Shown here: positions 12,935-25,834 of the stretch, piece by piece
Layout of the letters: each line of letters starts with the position of its first letter
Position numbering within the stretch: position 1 is the stretch's first letter
Assembly: GCA_001938485.1 (NCBI GenBank)
Contig: MQRK01215961.1
Coordinates: 1-58,253 of the forward strand
DNA length: 58,253 bases
Source of the DNA: Girardia tigrina
Lineage: Eukaryota
Direction: 5' to 3'
Translations under genes and position numbers: made by a program
The notes under the pieces: generated by a model
Seen by the model: only the letters and a program-made list of their open reading frames with translations
Databases searched by the model: none
What the model was told of the DNA's origin: nothing

Positions 12935-14898
12935 TGTTAAGAGCATTGAGACAATTTTTATTTGAACATTTATTATTGTCACATTTAGAGTCATCATAAC
13001 TATCGGAAGATCGTTCTCAGTTGGACATCATTCTAATTGGTGTTTTATTTCTATATTTTTATAATGATTATTTGAACAATTTTTCTAAGTCTTTCGAAAA
13101 TATTTAATTCCAAAAAATATTTATTAAAATTAATAATTATTTCTTTATAAAAACTCAAAATAATAAAAATATTTTATCAAATTGTAAAAAAATGAATTAA
13201 TTTTAAATTTCATTATATTTAAACTTTCCAGACACAAATATATGATAAAAATAAACTTTAAAGTTTTTTTTAAACTGATAAAAATATCTTTTAATTAAAA
13301 TATTTAAATTTCATGAGTTTATTTTATACCCCTTTTATATTTTATACCCCCTTTACTTCTCTTTTTGTTCACAAAATATTGAATTTGATTTTAATTACTA
13401 ATTTCAAAAATTTTAATTATGCTCTAATAGTTATTTACGGTAAATACAAAATAAAATACAAATTTCGATCTGGGTGGGAGAATCACCATTCTAATTCAGA
13501 TATACTCGAATCAGCATACTGCATTCATATACTCACACATTCATACAATTTAAAATACCGGGTTATCAACTAAGTTTTTTTCCTAAAATAACAAAAACTG
13601 TCAAATATAATGTCCAATCATTCATCATCATTAACTAAGTGTTCAAAATAGCAGCCATTATAGTCAATGCAACGTTACCAACGTCCTGGCAACTTATTGA
13701 TACCGTTCTCGAAGAAGGATCCGGCCTTGGTGTTCAACCACTCCTGAAGTTTCTTCTGAACCACCTCAAAAGATGCACAGTTCTGACCTTTCAAAGTGCC
13801 TTTCATTTGTGAAAATAGATAGTAGTCTGAAGGAGCCAGATCCGGCGAATAGGGGGATGTGGCAGGATGTTTAGATGCATTTTAGCAATCTTGGCCTGGG
13901 TGAGATGTGCTGTATGTTGACATACGTTGTCCTGAAGAAGGTACAGAAAACCGTCCGTCTTTTTACCAGGATAGCTGTCTTCAGCTTTTCCAGCAAACTG
14001 CTGTAGTATGTTGCCGTCATGGTTTTTCCATTTTCTAACACATTCATCAAGATCACACCTTTCGAATCCCAGAAGACGGTAGCCAGATGCTTCCTCGTAG
14101 TTAATATCATTTTGGATTCTGTAGCAGGCTCATCGCCACTTCCACGCCAAGATTTGTGAGTGTATGAGGATGTATTCTCCCAGAATACCCACATCTCATC
14201 CACAGTCACTATACGGTGCAAGAAATTGTTGCTGTGGTACATAGCAAGCAGTTTTTCACACATAGACATTCTCTTTTCCTTAGCAGCTTCTCTTAAAACA
14301 TGTGGAACCCACACGTTGGCGAGGTAACATTTGTTCATTTTCATGAGATTCTGACGCACTGCTTCGTGGCTAATTCCAATTTCTTGGTCAATGAATCTCG
14401 TTGTGGCAAATTTGTTTTCCTCTAGAATTCGTTCCATATCTGCAGCCACCTCATAAGAAGGTTACCCACTGCGAACTTTTTCATTTACCTCGAAGTTAAA
14501 GTTCTCGAATTTCTTTACCCAGTTGGAACATGTACGTGACGTAGTTGTTCCTTCTCCCAGTGTGTTGTTTATTTCTATTGCAATGTCTAGAACTGATAAT
14601 TTACGCTTCCAAAAATAGAAAATAAGCTTTCTCATGTCTTCTATGTTGAAATTCATAGTTTACTTTGAAAGATGACAAAAATATTGTAATATCGTATTAC
14701 TCTAAATAAACAATTTTTAATTTATTGCATTTTTTATTATGTAAACTGAAATAAATATTAATAAACTTTTGATAGTTTAATGTGTATTAATCATACAATA
14801 TGCCCACCAAATTTGGATTTCTTAGCGATCATAGATCTCCAGATACAATGACAAATGCATTGGAAAAAAACTTAGTTGACAACCCTGTATTTCTCACA
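12935..14898 (-). repeat. Unclassified LTR-like dispersed repeat, copy 1 (split by the mariner at 13558-14887)
   Basis: GATCTGGGTGGGAGA core at ~13468; the terminus TTCTCACA resumes immediately after the mariner; homologous to copies at ~30470, ~35120, ~48950. Confidence 0.55.
13558..14887 (-). mobile_element. Mariner transposon, full length, frameshifted
   Basis: 26-bp TIRs C(C/A)GGGTT(A/G)TCAACTAAGTTTTTTTCC with TA on both sides; WVPHVL, IVTVDEMW, LATVFWD and SPDLAPSDY motifs. Confidence 0.95.
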
Positions 14899-14999
14899 CT
14901 CGTAACGAACAAATAAGATGTTACTTTTAAATTGTAATTTTGATGTTCGTTGTGAAAAAGATACATCAACCTTTCATTGGTGATATCGATACTATGCAG

Positions 15000-15760
15000 A
15001 TGTTTTGAATAGAATTACTAGAGGTTAATAATATCGATGGAGATCTATTGAATAATACCGATGAATAGCATACTAGTTTGTACCTGGAACGGTACAAGAA
15101 TCACAAACAGAAGACGCGCAGTGGCATATCTCGGAATTCGGAAGTATATTCATGCCTACCATGTATGATTTGGGAAATGATTGGAAGACTGATGAAATGA
15201 TACATAATTTGATGCAGTCGAATAATATTCGGCCTTGCTAAAGTCCATTGAATTTTCTACTGGTCATCGTCTGGAATAAAGATGGCTCCAAAAGAATGTG
15301 TCGACTCACGTAAGTTAAATGCCTGACATTTAGTTTGTTTTAGATTGCTAGGCAGAGTCACGGAGGTTTTCATCAATAGACTTTAGTAATGCATATTACC
15401 AAGTCAAATTTTTAGAGGAATCTAAACTTTGTACAGCGTTCAGTTCTAAAAAACGACAATTTTGTTTCAATCGAATGCCATTCTGTCTGTCAATTCCATC
15501 AAGACAAGTTAAATTTTTTGAGTTACACCATAAATTCAGAAGGTTTTATGACAAATAGTATGAAAATGCAAGAGATTAAAAAAGCAGAAGAAACAACATT
15601 GTTCTTTACAACTTCCGTCATATTTAGGTCTCACAAATTATTATCGCTTTTTTATTCGAGATCTGCAAAGATTATTGTTCTCCTTCATGCAGCAATATCA
15701 GGATGAGGTAAGAAATTGAATTGGAGAAAAGAAGGCCGAGAGAGTTTCCAGAAATTGTAT
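15000..15760 (+). mobile_element. Old Ty3/Gypsy pol (RT) remnant
   Basis: IRPC*SPLNFLLVIVWNKDGSKRMC..RKLN and IDFSNAYYQV..TAFSS..FNRMPF at ~15220-15490; heavily disrupted; boundaries approximate. Confidence 0.8.
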
Positions 15761-16214
15761 TCTAAAGAATAACAATTATATTTCAAAGAATAAAATGTTT
15801 AAATTTAAAAATATTTGATATTTCAAATTCAATTATTATTCTTTGAAAAAATTTTAAATATTGCATAATAAATTTTAACAATTAAGATTTGGTATTATTT
15901 TTGAGATTAATGATTTAGATTTGTGTAAAAATTTTCCTGTGTCGAATATTCTGGTTACCGAACATATGAAAATAAATGGATATATTTTTTCAGCATAAAA
16001 AGGTATCTAAATAAGGCAATTTCTAAAAATGCCCCCCACTGCTCTAAAACATCCAATAATCCTCCACCTGTAATATTTTTTCAAAATATATCGGAAAAAA
16101 TTATATCTCACCCTAAAATAATCTCCCATCCCTCGTATAAAAATTCTTTCAACAAATAGTACTGCATTGGGTATTTTAAAAACTTTTATTGTATAGAAAT
16201 CAGAGATACATTAA

Positions 16215-16447
16215 CCCTAATGGGGCCGAAACTATTTCCTTTAGAAAAAATGAATTTTTGATATTAATTCTGGTTTATTATATCTAAATAACTTGTTCTA
16301 CATTAAAAAATAAACTGATGAGTTCAAACTCATGACTCATATATACATAGACTTTTGCACCTAATACCGCCTGTTGCTGAGTCATCAAATTGATGTAAAA
16401 AAATATTTGAGCAGTGTTCTTTTAAAAGGATGGTGGCCCCATTCGGG
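16215..16447. mobile_element. piggyBac-type MITE (~233 bp)
   Basis: TTAA|CCCTAATGGGGCC ... GGCCCCATTCGGG|TTAA: TIRs with TTAA target duplication. Confidence 0.8.
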
Positions 16448-16527
16448 TTAATATTAAAATTTTTTTCATAACAAACAAGATTCTGGCCTACTAACAATGC
16501 TTTCGCCCTAAATTCTGATAAAATAGA

Positions 16528-16628
16528 CAGTCGAGTCTAGGTATAACGAATGTCGATGCAACAAAATCATCGATATTACGAATTATTCTAAAAAGATGGT
16601 TGAAATTCGTTATATCGAGACTCGTCTG
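16528..16628. mobile_element. pogo/Tigger-type MITE (~100 bp)
   Basis: TIRs CAGTCGAGTCTAGGTATAACGAA and TTCGTTATATCGAGACTCGTCTG; TA on the right, GA on the left. Confidence 0.7.
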
Positions 16629-17506
16629 TACAAATAAATATCATTAATCTATATTAAATATCCCTGAAATCTGACAGCGAGACTTTTTGATGTATGTCCC
16701 TCTACACAAATTAAAACTGTATACTCACGTTAATTCTTTGATAAAAATGACCAGGAAAGCAATTCGATGTATTTTTAGATATCAAAAACCCTCAAACATT
16801 TTGAAATAGTAAATCTTCAAACACGACGGAGTGACCGGATTTTCCTTTTGAAAATCGACATGAGACAGATTAAATATTTTAGTTCAAATGCTGTACAAAC
16901 TCAATTTGTAATTATAAATATTTAAAAAGAACAATCTTTTTTATATGATTATTCATTTTTTTGGATTATTTAACGAAACAATGTGAACTATTTTTTAAAT
17001 CCTTTAGAAGCAAGATCTCTTTTAGTAATGTCATAGGTATAAGTGTCGCATGGATTCATTTTATGTGATCCACTTGAAGACCAACTTCAAATAATAGGAT
17101 AAAATTATATACGAAACTATTTTCTTATTTGAATAACTTATCTGCTTTAGATAACGTATTCTTGACGGGAAATTTTACGCTGAATTTATCTCATGTCACC
17201 GGCTTTTATTCCATAATACAATTTGGAAGTGAAAAATTATAAATAACCTTCAATAAACTTTTTTATAATAAAAGGGACACGTCTAAACACGATGAACTTT
17301 TGCAGTATTCTATGTTAACCTGGGTGTCATAAATTGAACTACTGAATACAAGTGCAAACACGAATTAATTAATGACTGGTCAACAAGGAGATAATATAAG
17401 AATAAAATTTTGACACTCATGTTTTACAAGATGAATAAAGGCATTTTGATATATTATACATGAATAAATACGATAACACGAAGACATTATTATGATAATA
17501 AATATA

Positions 17507-17986
17507 TTAATAAGCAATTCTATTCATTTTCATATAAATATTGTGGCCAACTTTGAAACCATTAAAGTTGGCTGCTGGGCCTGTCAACCTCATCAACAAG
17601 CCGCCGAAAGAAACATATACTTCGTAAGTGGACCCTTCATCAGATTCAGTAGGGATGATTTTATATATTTTCCCATACATACAATAGTTGCAATTTACTA
17701 AACTTTCTTCTTCTAGCTCATCAGTATATTCCGACATCTCGGTGTCATTGTCTATGTCGTCATCATTACCTTCCAGATCCATTCTAGCGTCGCTTAATAA
17801 ATTCTTTAACAAAGAAAATCGGAATTTTTCGCCTTGCTTAACTTGATAACTTGGTGTATGGACATCAAGATCAAGTTTCATTTTAAAAGTTTCCCCAGTG
17901 CATTGTATCCGGGATACCCTATCAAAACATTTACCATTTTTGTCAACAGTATCAATATTAAAAATATCCTCAAACAATACAGCCAT
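17507..17986 (-). CDS. POLR2H: DNA-directed RNA polymerases I/II/III subunit RPABC3 (RPB8), 159 aa, no intron in CDS
   Basis: MAVLFEDIFNI..FDRVSRI, YCMYGKIY and SFGGLLMRL (GGLLM signature). True ATG at 17986; the ORF-track extension begins at a TTG and spans a likely intron. Confidence 0.95.
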   Translation of the reverse strand: MAVLFEDIFNIDTVDKNGKCFDRVSRIQCTGETFKMKLDLDVHTPSYQVKQGEKFRFSLLKNLLSDARMDLEGNDDDIDNDTEMSEYTDELEEESLVNCNYCMYGKIYKIIPTESDEGSTYEVYVSFGGLLMRLTGPAANFNGFKVGHNIYMKMNRIAY

Positions 17987-17991
17987 TTTTT

Positions 17992-18034
17992 CTATGCAAA
18001 AATTATAATTAATTACCAAATTAATAGAACATAC
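17992..18034 (-). other. 43-nt 5'UTR intron of RPB8
   Basis: GTATGT...TTTTTGCATAG ending 5 nt before the ATG; same size class as the 44-nt fascin intron. Confidence 0.65.
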
Positions 18035-18742
18035 TTTCAAAAAATGAAATTTCAATAAAATTGCGAATTAAAAAAACAAATTAAAAATAGTTTTTAAATA
18101 ATAAATTTAATTTATTAATATCAAAATTTTGTTCTTTCTAATTCTTATTACAAAAGAAACTTAATCTTTACTTTGAGATATTTATTAATTAGAATTATAA
18201 ATTTTTATTCACCAAGAAATTAATTATTATTAATTAAATCACGTGATTTTATTTCAAATTTAAATTAAGATTAATTTAAATGATTTATTGAAATATTTTT
18301 TTTATTTAAAGACATTTATTTAATTAACTTTTGTAATTTAATTAATTTATAACAGAACTATTTAATTAGTTAATTATTTTTTATTTTTAATTATTTTTTA
18401 ATTATGTTTTAGTTCTCTTTTAAATAAATAATCCGTTTCATGAATAATTTTTAATACTTTAATTCAAATTTATTAATTTAAATATTATTAATTAAATTAT
18501 GTACATTACTATATTAATTTAATTTTTGATTTTTAATTGAACATAATCACAGCAATTTTTATTTTCTTTGAAAAAATATATATTGTTATATTGGAAAGAT
18601 TCAGTTTCATAGAATCATAAATGTATACTTTCTTTAAGGGTTGGGACTTTAATAATATGGATAAATAGAACCAAAGGATCTTAAAGCATATATTAATACA
18701 TCTACGGTATTAATTATTTATGGGAAGTAAAAATTTCACCTC

Positions 18743-18958
18743 TGTTTTTTGAACTGGTATTAAACATAAACGAGAATCTCATCCGAATGTGTTATTTTTA
18801 TTCGATTGTAGGCAGGTTGGTTTTGGGATATTTTTAATTTACAATATATTTTTCTAAATAAAAATAGAAATCTCGATACAATAGATAGGACGAAAACATT
18901 AATATACAAGGTTGAAAAGAAAGCTTTCTTCAATTTCCAGAGGTACTCCAAAGAACAT
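18743..18958 (-). repeat. ~215-bp segment duplicated (inverted) at 21021-21235
   Basis: Near-identical reverse complement; the ORF-track peptides 18760-18951 and 21021-21218 match. Confidence 0.95.
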
Positions 18959-19046
18959 TATTTCTCTAAACATCCTCATTTCCAAAATGTTTGAAATAAT
19001 CCATATGATTTGAAACAAGTTAAGGTTTGGAAGTTGACCAAGTGTT

Positions 19047-19271
19047 GGTCGCCATACTTCCGTACTGTCGCGCACAATTATTATGACTTATTTGAATAAT
19101 GCACCTCATTTCACAAGTTTTATGTCACAAACTTCCTATTCATTTCTTTTATAGTTTCTGAAAAAGTTTCAGTTAAAGATAAATAAAAACCTAAACCTAA
19201 CTCTTTAACCTTAATCTGCACAATAACCCTAACCCTATAATATTTGTGCGGGACAGTACGGAAGTAAGACC
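19047..19271. mobile_element. MITE with ~35-bp TIRs and internal (T)AACCCT-like repeats
   Basis: TACTTCCGTACTGTCGCGCACAATTATTAT (19055-) vs ATAATATTTGTGCGGGACAGTACGGAAGTA (-19266). Confidence 0.7.
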
Positions 19272-20091
19272 AAGTGGGTAGCGCATTATAACAAAGCCGA
19301 TCTGCTGAGATTATTCGTAATCTCTCACTATCATTGATTTAATGGAATTCTTTTTGTTAGGGGTTCTTTTAGGTGAACTGTAAATTTTTGATATTTTTAA
19401 ATTAAAAATCATATTTATATTTGAAATAAACTAAAATAATGTTTTATTAATTAAAACTAAATAAGTTTTTATAAAAAATTATAGTGTAATGATAATATTT
19501 TACTAATTAAATTGAAACAACTTTTTATAAAAAATTAAGTTTTAAAAAAATCACAATTAAAATAACTGTTTCGGATTAAAAGAAATTTCAAATATATTAA
19601 TTACTACTACCAAGATCTGTACCCGTGACCGCTCCACACCAACTCACGCTAATGCTTCTTAGCAATCACAGCACCTTCCTACACGGCATCGTTTACTCGT
19701 TCAGTGCCCCAAAGCACAAACTTACAATACCGATCCGGTATAGGTCCCAAATTGTAAAGAAGATTTTGATATATCTTGTAACACTTTTTAAAATAAAAAT
19801 CATAATGTTTATTGAATTTAATTGTCAACGGAAAAGTTTGATTAAATAAATAATTTATTGAATGTTTTAAAATCAAGTTCTAAAATAAAAATCATAATCT
19901 TTTATTGAAGTTAATTGTCCACGGAAATTTTCATTAAAAATAATTTATAATTGAATGTTTTAAAATTAAAGAAAAAATTATTTAGGAATTGAATTTTTAC
20001 AGGATATGTCCATTAAAATAATTTTAAAAATCTAAAATTATATTTCAATTAATAAACATTGTAAAAATTAATAAAACAAAAACAAAATATG

Positions 20092-20208
20092 TGTTATTAA
20101 TTGTGATTAATAATTAATTCATTTGTTTAAACGGTTGTTTATCGAAACAGAGTTTGATTTAAATAAATACTTGTGCAGTATATTTATATTCTTCTAATTT
20201 AGAAGACA
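20092..20208 (+). repeat. 5' LTR (117 bp)
   Basis: About 6 substitutions and 1 indel relative to the 3' LTR by manual alignment. Confidence 0.93.
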
Positions 20209-23200
20209 AGCTACGCGGCATGTGCAGTTTCAAATTTACGGATGCAGTCCGCACATTTGATGGAAATGGAGATTTCGGCACGTGGTGTTGGAAATTTGAA
20301 GCATCAGCCTCAATTTGTGGAGTCGACAAATTAGGAGCGATCCCGCTTCTTTTGGAGGGCCGCGCGTTCGAGCTATATATAGGGCTGCCAATACAAGAAC
20401 AAGAAAACTACGATGCAATCAAGTTGGCATTATCAATTGCATTCAGACCGGACCCAAGAGCTGCTTATGACGAATTCAGAAATCGAAAGCTTCGACAAAG
20501 CGAGTCAATTGACGAGTTTGTGGTAGCGCTTCGGAGGCTCGCGGCATTCATATGCCAAGGGGAAGATCCTCAAGATCCTTTTTAGCAGGGCTCCTGACGG
20601 ATACAGCCCGCCATATCGTATCGGAGACGGCTAAATCTCAAGCCATGTTGCAGGAATTAATTCCAGTGGCCCGCTGTTTGCTCCGTGTCAGTCAGACAGA
20701 GTTATCAGCAGGTGAAAGCACATTTTTAACCGGAAGGAATGGATCGTCAGACCAGTCAGTAGCAGCAGCGATCAATGGAAAAAAACCCATCGGAACAAAT
20801 TAATGCTTCAGATGTGGCAAAACGGGTCATAAGAGACGGGAATGCCGGATGAAATCGTCGTCATAAAGCGCCGCAAATAGTCGGGACAACGGTTGTTTTG
20901 TATGTGGTAGTAATGAACACCGGTGCGCAACTTGCCCTTAACGGTACCGATATTCGGGAAATGAGTAGCGGCCTCCCATTATTGCGCAAGTGAGGTGGCT
21001 GCTAGGAGTAGAGCGAAACTATGCTCTTTGAAGTACCTCTAAAATTGAAGAAAGCTTTCTTTTCAACCTTGTATATTAATGTTTTCGTCCTATCTGTTGT
21101 ATCGAGATTTCTATTTTTATTTAGAAAAAGATATTGTAAATTAAAAATATCCCAAAACCAACCTGCCTACAATCGAATAAAAATAACACATTCGGAGGAG
21201 ATTCTCGTTTCTGTTTAATACCAGTTCAAAAAACAATAATTGATATACAAGTCGATGGAGAGGAGGTGTGAGCGCTAGTGGACACAAGTTGATTAACAAC
21301 TATGATTGAACAACGATTAAAAAATTCAGTCAACGTGAGTATAATTTCAGAGAAAATCCAAACAGTGGGCGGGCTGAGAGACATGCGAAAGGGAGCGTGG
21401 GAAAACATCGAAGACGGGAGCAGCAATTACAGTGTTGGACACTTCTGACAACGGACCTCAAAGGGATTGGGGACGGTGTCCTGCTTGGAATGGATGTTAT
21501 AGCGATGTTGAATGGTGTAATCGTCAATGGCAATGGGACGCAGCTGGCGTTCGGAATAGAACAAGTTTCAAGAAAAAAGGATCTCTGGGCATAATCAGTG
21601 TGACAGTCAGGACGAGCGCGCCGAAATATTAGCCACAGTTAAGAGGAGCAAAGCGTCTAGAGGGGCAATGATGGATCCTGCAGGGTCATTGGCACCACCA
21701 GCAGTCATCACAGACCAGGATTTCACAGCAAAATTCAATGTGCAATGTTGGTCTGTGACGTGGCACTGAAAGGGGGCAGGAACCTCCAGTGCATAACAGT
21801 ATCACGAGCTATTCATCAGCCTGGTGCAATGAATAAGAAATCGATGCCGAACTAAATGTTTGGAAGAAAAACGGCTGGTTAGTCGGATGTGAGAGTTTCC
21901 GACCAGCAACACTGCCACTAATGGCAGTGATGCAAGTATCAGAAGACAAGATCAAGCCGGTACTCGACTACCGGAAGTTAAATGAAACAATCTCCAGCCA
22001 CACCGCGGACAGTTTGGTTTGTGCAGAAAAACTTCGAAATTTGCGACGGATGGGAAGAAATCTGCAAATCATAGATCTGAGACGAGCTTATCTGCAGATC
22101 AAAGTGGACCAATCGCTGTGGCAGTATCAGGTAGTAAAACATTAAGAGCAGTCGTTTTATCTAACCCGTTTAGGTATAGCACCAAAAATAATGCGAAGGA
22201 TATTGGAACACGTCTTGGCATCAGACGAAGCGATGAAAGAAGGAACGGACGCGTATTACGACGATATTATAGTTGATACAAATCAAACAACGACAAATCA
22301 GATGATATCGGTACTCACTCGATTCGGTTTAGAGGCGAAACCACCAATGGCGATAAACGGAGGCAGTGTTGGGACTGGCTGTGAAAGAAACAGCAAACGG
22401 AAAGCTCAAATGGCAGCAAGACGGACCACTCCTACAACTGCCACATCAAATGACTCGTCGTAATCTTTTCGCGTAGACAGGAAAGCTGTTGGGTCACTAC
22501 CCAGTGGGGGATGGTTGCGTCCATCATGCAGCTTCATAAAACGAATTGTCAGTAGGGGAGATTGGGACACCGAAGTGGAACCACAGGTAGCAGCACTAGC
22601 ACGACAACTTGCAGAAAGAATTAAGTTGGAAGATCCCGTTCAAGGATTTTGGGAAGTACCGCAAACTGATGAAGGGAGAGTGTGGTGCGACGCCAGCTCG
22701 ATTGCAGTAGGGGTGGCCGTTGAGATTGACACGGAAATTGTGGAGAACGCATGCTGGCTTCGACCAAAGAGTGACAATAACCACATTAATCTTTCAGAGC
22801 TTGAGTTTGCGAATCAAACTCTCAAAGAAGCGTTGAAATGGGGCCTCCGAAAGTTTGAATTATTCACTGATTCAGCAACAGTATACAAGTGGCTCACTGC
22901 AGCTTTTTCCGGTGCAGAACCAGTTCGATCTCAGGCCCTCAGCTAGTTATTAATCGAGCGTAGAATTAATCTTTTCAAGCAGGTAGTCCAGCATCGGTTT
23001 GTTGGGAGAAAGGAGAAATCGGCACCAAGAAGACGGTTGGTGGTAGATGTCACACATATGAATGGAAACAAATTCCTAACGGTAGTAGACTGTAGCCCAG
23101 GAAGATTTATTATATGGCGTGAAATTAAGTCCGAAAACGAGGAAGAAGTTTGTAAAGCATTATTTAGTATTATATTCGAATTTTAAACTCCAGAAGAGGT

Positions 23201-23943
23201 ATTACTGGGTAATTTTAGTACTTTCAGAGGAAGCGGGGTTAAACAATTGCTTGATCGATGGGGAGTGCAGGCGCAATTAAGATGCGTGAACCGACCGAGC
23301 GGAAACAGAATTGTAGAACGGATCCAACGCACGATCAAAAGAATGGTAGCTTGAATGGTGGCGATCAGGTCAGGGAGATGATCGCGTGGTATAACGCAAC
23401 ACCAAACGCGGAGGGTATAATTCCAGCATCAACCGTGTTTGCGCAAAAACGGAGATTGCTTCTGTCGAAAGATTTCTCGTTAATGCAATCTCATCCACAG
23501 AAAGAATTGAAGAACGACAATCTGACAGTAGGAGACGAAGTATTTGTTAAGCCGTTCAACTGTACTACGAAGTGGGTACGGGCAACTGTTACCAAAGAAC
23601 CCCAGCTGAATCGCATCAAAGTCAATGGAATGCCATACCACACCAGTCACGTGAGGCGTGCAAACCCAATATCTATAAAACAAACAGGAATCGGTAATCA
23701 GGAAAGTCATACAACCGACTCGACGAGAGTGGCGAGGATCAAATGGGAGAGCGACGAGGGAGAGGAGTATACAGAAACGAACAATCAGCAAGATCCGAAA
23801 GCTGAAGAACGGCTTCGCCACTCGGTGCGTCCACCGATTCGACTCAACGACTTTGTCTGTGCTAGCACTCAGATTCTCAGTGATGAAAAAGTGCCTCTTT
23901 GCTCGAGCAGTGTATGCTTGTGTGCCTTGAAGGCAATGGGGCG

Positions 23944-24061
23944 TGTTATTAATTGTGATTAATAATTAATTCTTTTGTTTTAATCGGTTGTTTACCGAAA
24001 CAGAGTTTGATTTAAATAAATACTTGTGCAGTATATTTATTTTCTTCTAATTTAGACGTCA
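23944..24061 (+). repeat. 3' LTR (118 bp)
   Basis: Preceded by purine-rich GAAGGCAATGGGGCG, followed by the ATATG TSD. Confidence 0.93.
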
Positions 24062-25834
24062 ATATGATTTATGCAAAATTGAATAAAATACCATATATAT
24101 ATATATATTTCAATCCAATTTACATAATTTTATTCTGTATTTTTCATTGACAAAATCGTTAATTAATTATTCAAAATCAATTGACCTCATTTTGTTAGCA
24201 TTACTTGATAATAATGCAACATTATTTAACGTTTTTTTTGGGAAAAGTTGATCGCAAACAATTTTTTGTTAATTTTAATTTGGAAAATGACCTCTCTCCA
24301 GAACAATTAGACATCATGAAACACATGAAAATTAAACAAAAATGAAAAAGGAAAAGTGCAATGTTTTTCTTTTTAATCACAAATGACTCTTCTAATGAAC
24401 TAAGTATACTGCGATTTGTTGCAAAAAGTTGATTCTATAGAACAATCGACGATCCTGTGCACAATTTTTGAATAGAAAAAAATTCTTGAAAATTTAACAA
24501 AAAAAAGATAACGGTAATTTTTTGATGGTCTGCAGTAAAAGGGATTTGTTACAACCTCTTAAATTTTAACCAAACCATCAAAATAGAAAAAGACTGCCAC
24601 TAAACTGAATTTTAGTTAGTGAATACTGGATACCCAGCTGGAAATTTAAAAGGGATTTTTGATACATTTCGATTAATGATTAAACTCCAACACTCACTGA
24701 GCTTTGCCAAAATATACTGATTAGTTTCAGTTATGATCATATGATATCTTGCTCTATATATCAAGTAAATAGTTTCGGTACCAACTACTGGAATATGAAG
24801 TGCTTTCAGTGGTTCGTATTCATAACATGGTCTTCAGTTCAGAAATTTATTCAAGTCGAGTACACGCGATTATTTGCAATAACAGTCTGTCTTACTAATT
24901 AATACGTCAAATCTAATAACTATAGGACACTAATAGGACACTAATAATAGGATTTAATAACTATATTCGACTCTACTGCAACGCCTTAAAACATTCCAAT
25001 GATATATTTTTTTCGAGCCCAAAACCATATACTATTATTCATATTCTTAAATTTTATTTAATTTCAGTGTCAAAATAATATTTTTATGGTTTAAAAACTT
25101 AAACAGGAAAATTGGATAATTTTGAAAAGTCTACGAAGACCGTTTTTACATGACCCTGATTGGTAAAAGTTCTTCAGGCGATAAATTTTTCAAAATACTT
25201 GAAAAGGTGATAGTCGGTTCATGCAAGGTCTGTAGTGTATAGTGGATGAGACAGAACTTCGACCTGCAAGCCGTTCAATTTTCGGATGGGAGTTGTCGTG
25301 TAGTAGGATGGGACCACGTCTGTTGATTAGTATCTGTTGCTGCTAACGCACTTTTCGGTACAATTTGTCAATTTTCCCACATTATGTCTCGAATATAAAC
25401 GAGCAAAACGAGAGAAGAATAACGACGAGAGAGCTCACAATCCGTGTAAATGTGAACAAAGACACTCTGCATACTCTCCTCTCTTAAAGTGGTATTCAAA
25501 AACTATGTTCCATTTTTGTGCCACGCTTCTTAACGGTGGAAATGCGACAACGATGTTTGGAATGATGCTTGGAGGAGAATCTGCAGATCAGGACCAATGT
25601 TGGAGACAGTTTCATTGATAATATCCTCACTGTGGACGAGACACCTTTGCCTTTTATATTCCAGAATCTAAAAGAAAATTGCAAGAATGAAAACTGCCAG
25701 GAGAAAACAGCTAACTGAAAATACAATTCTCAACTTTCAACCGAAAGGCTCTCATGCTTACGGTGTTTTGGCACGCCAATGGCATTATTCTGACTGAAAT
25801 TACCGAATTCGACGTGAAGATCAATAGTCATTAC

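Larger units (their letters stand above)
20092..24061 (+). mobile_element. Compact Ty3/Gypsy LTR retrotransposon (3970 bp, decayed)
   Basis: LTRs 20092-20208 and 23944-24061 (TG..CA), ATATG target duplication; gag from 20220 with two CCHC knuckles; protease ALVDT; RT (PVLDYRKLN, IDLRRAYLQ, YYDD); RNase H (VWCDAS, FTDS); integrase core (VDVTH..TVVD). Confidence 0.95.

Noticed and set aside
16315-16340. CTGATGA GTTCAAAC as a hammerhead
   Set aside because: No GAAA after the stem; lies inside the piggyBac-type MITE
17987-18055. 23-aa N-terminal extension of RPB8 in the ORF track
   Set aside because: Starts at TTG and runs through a probable intron
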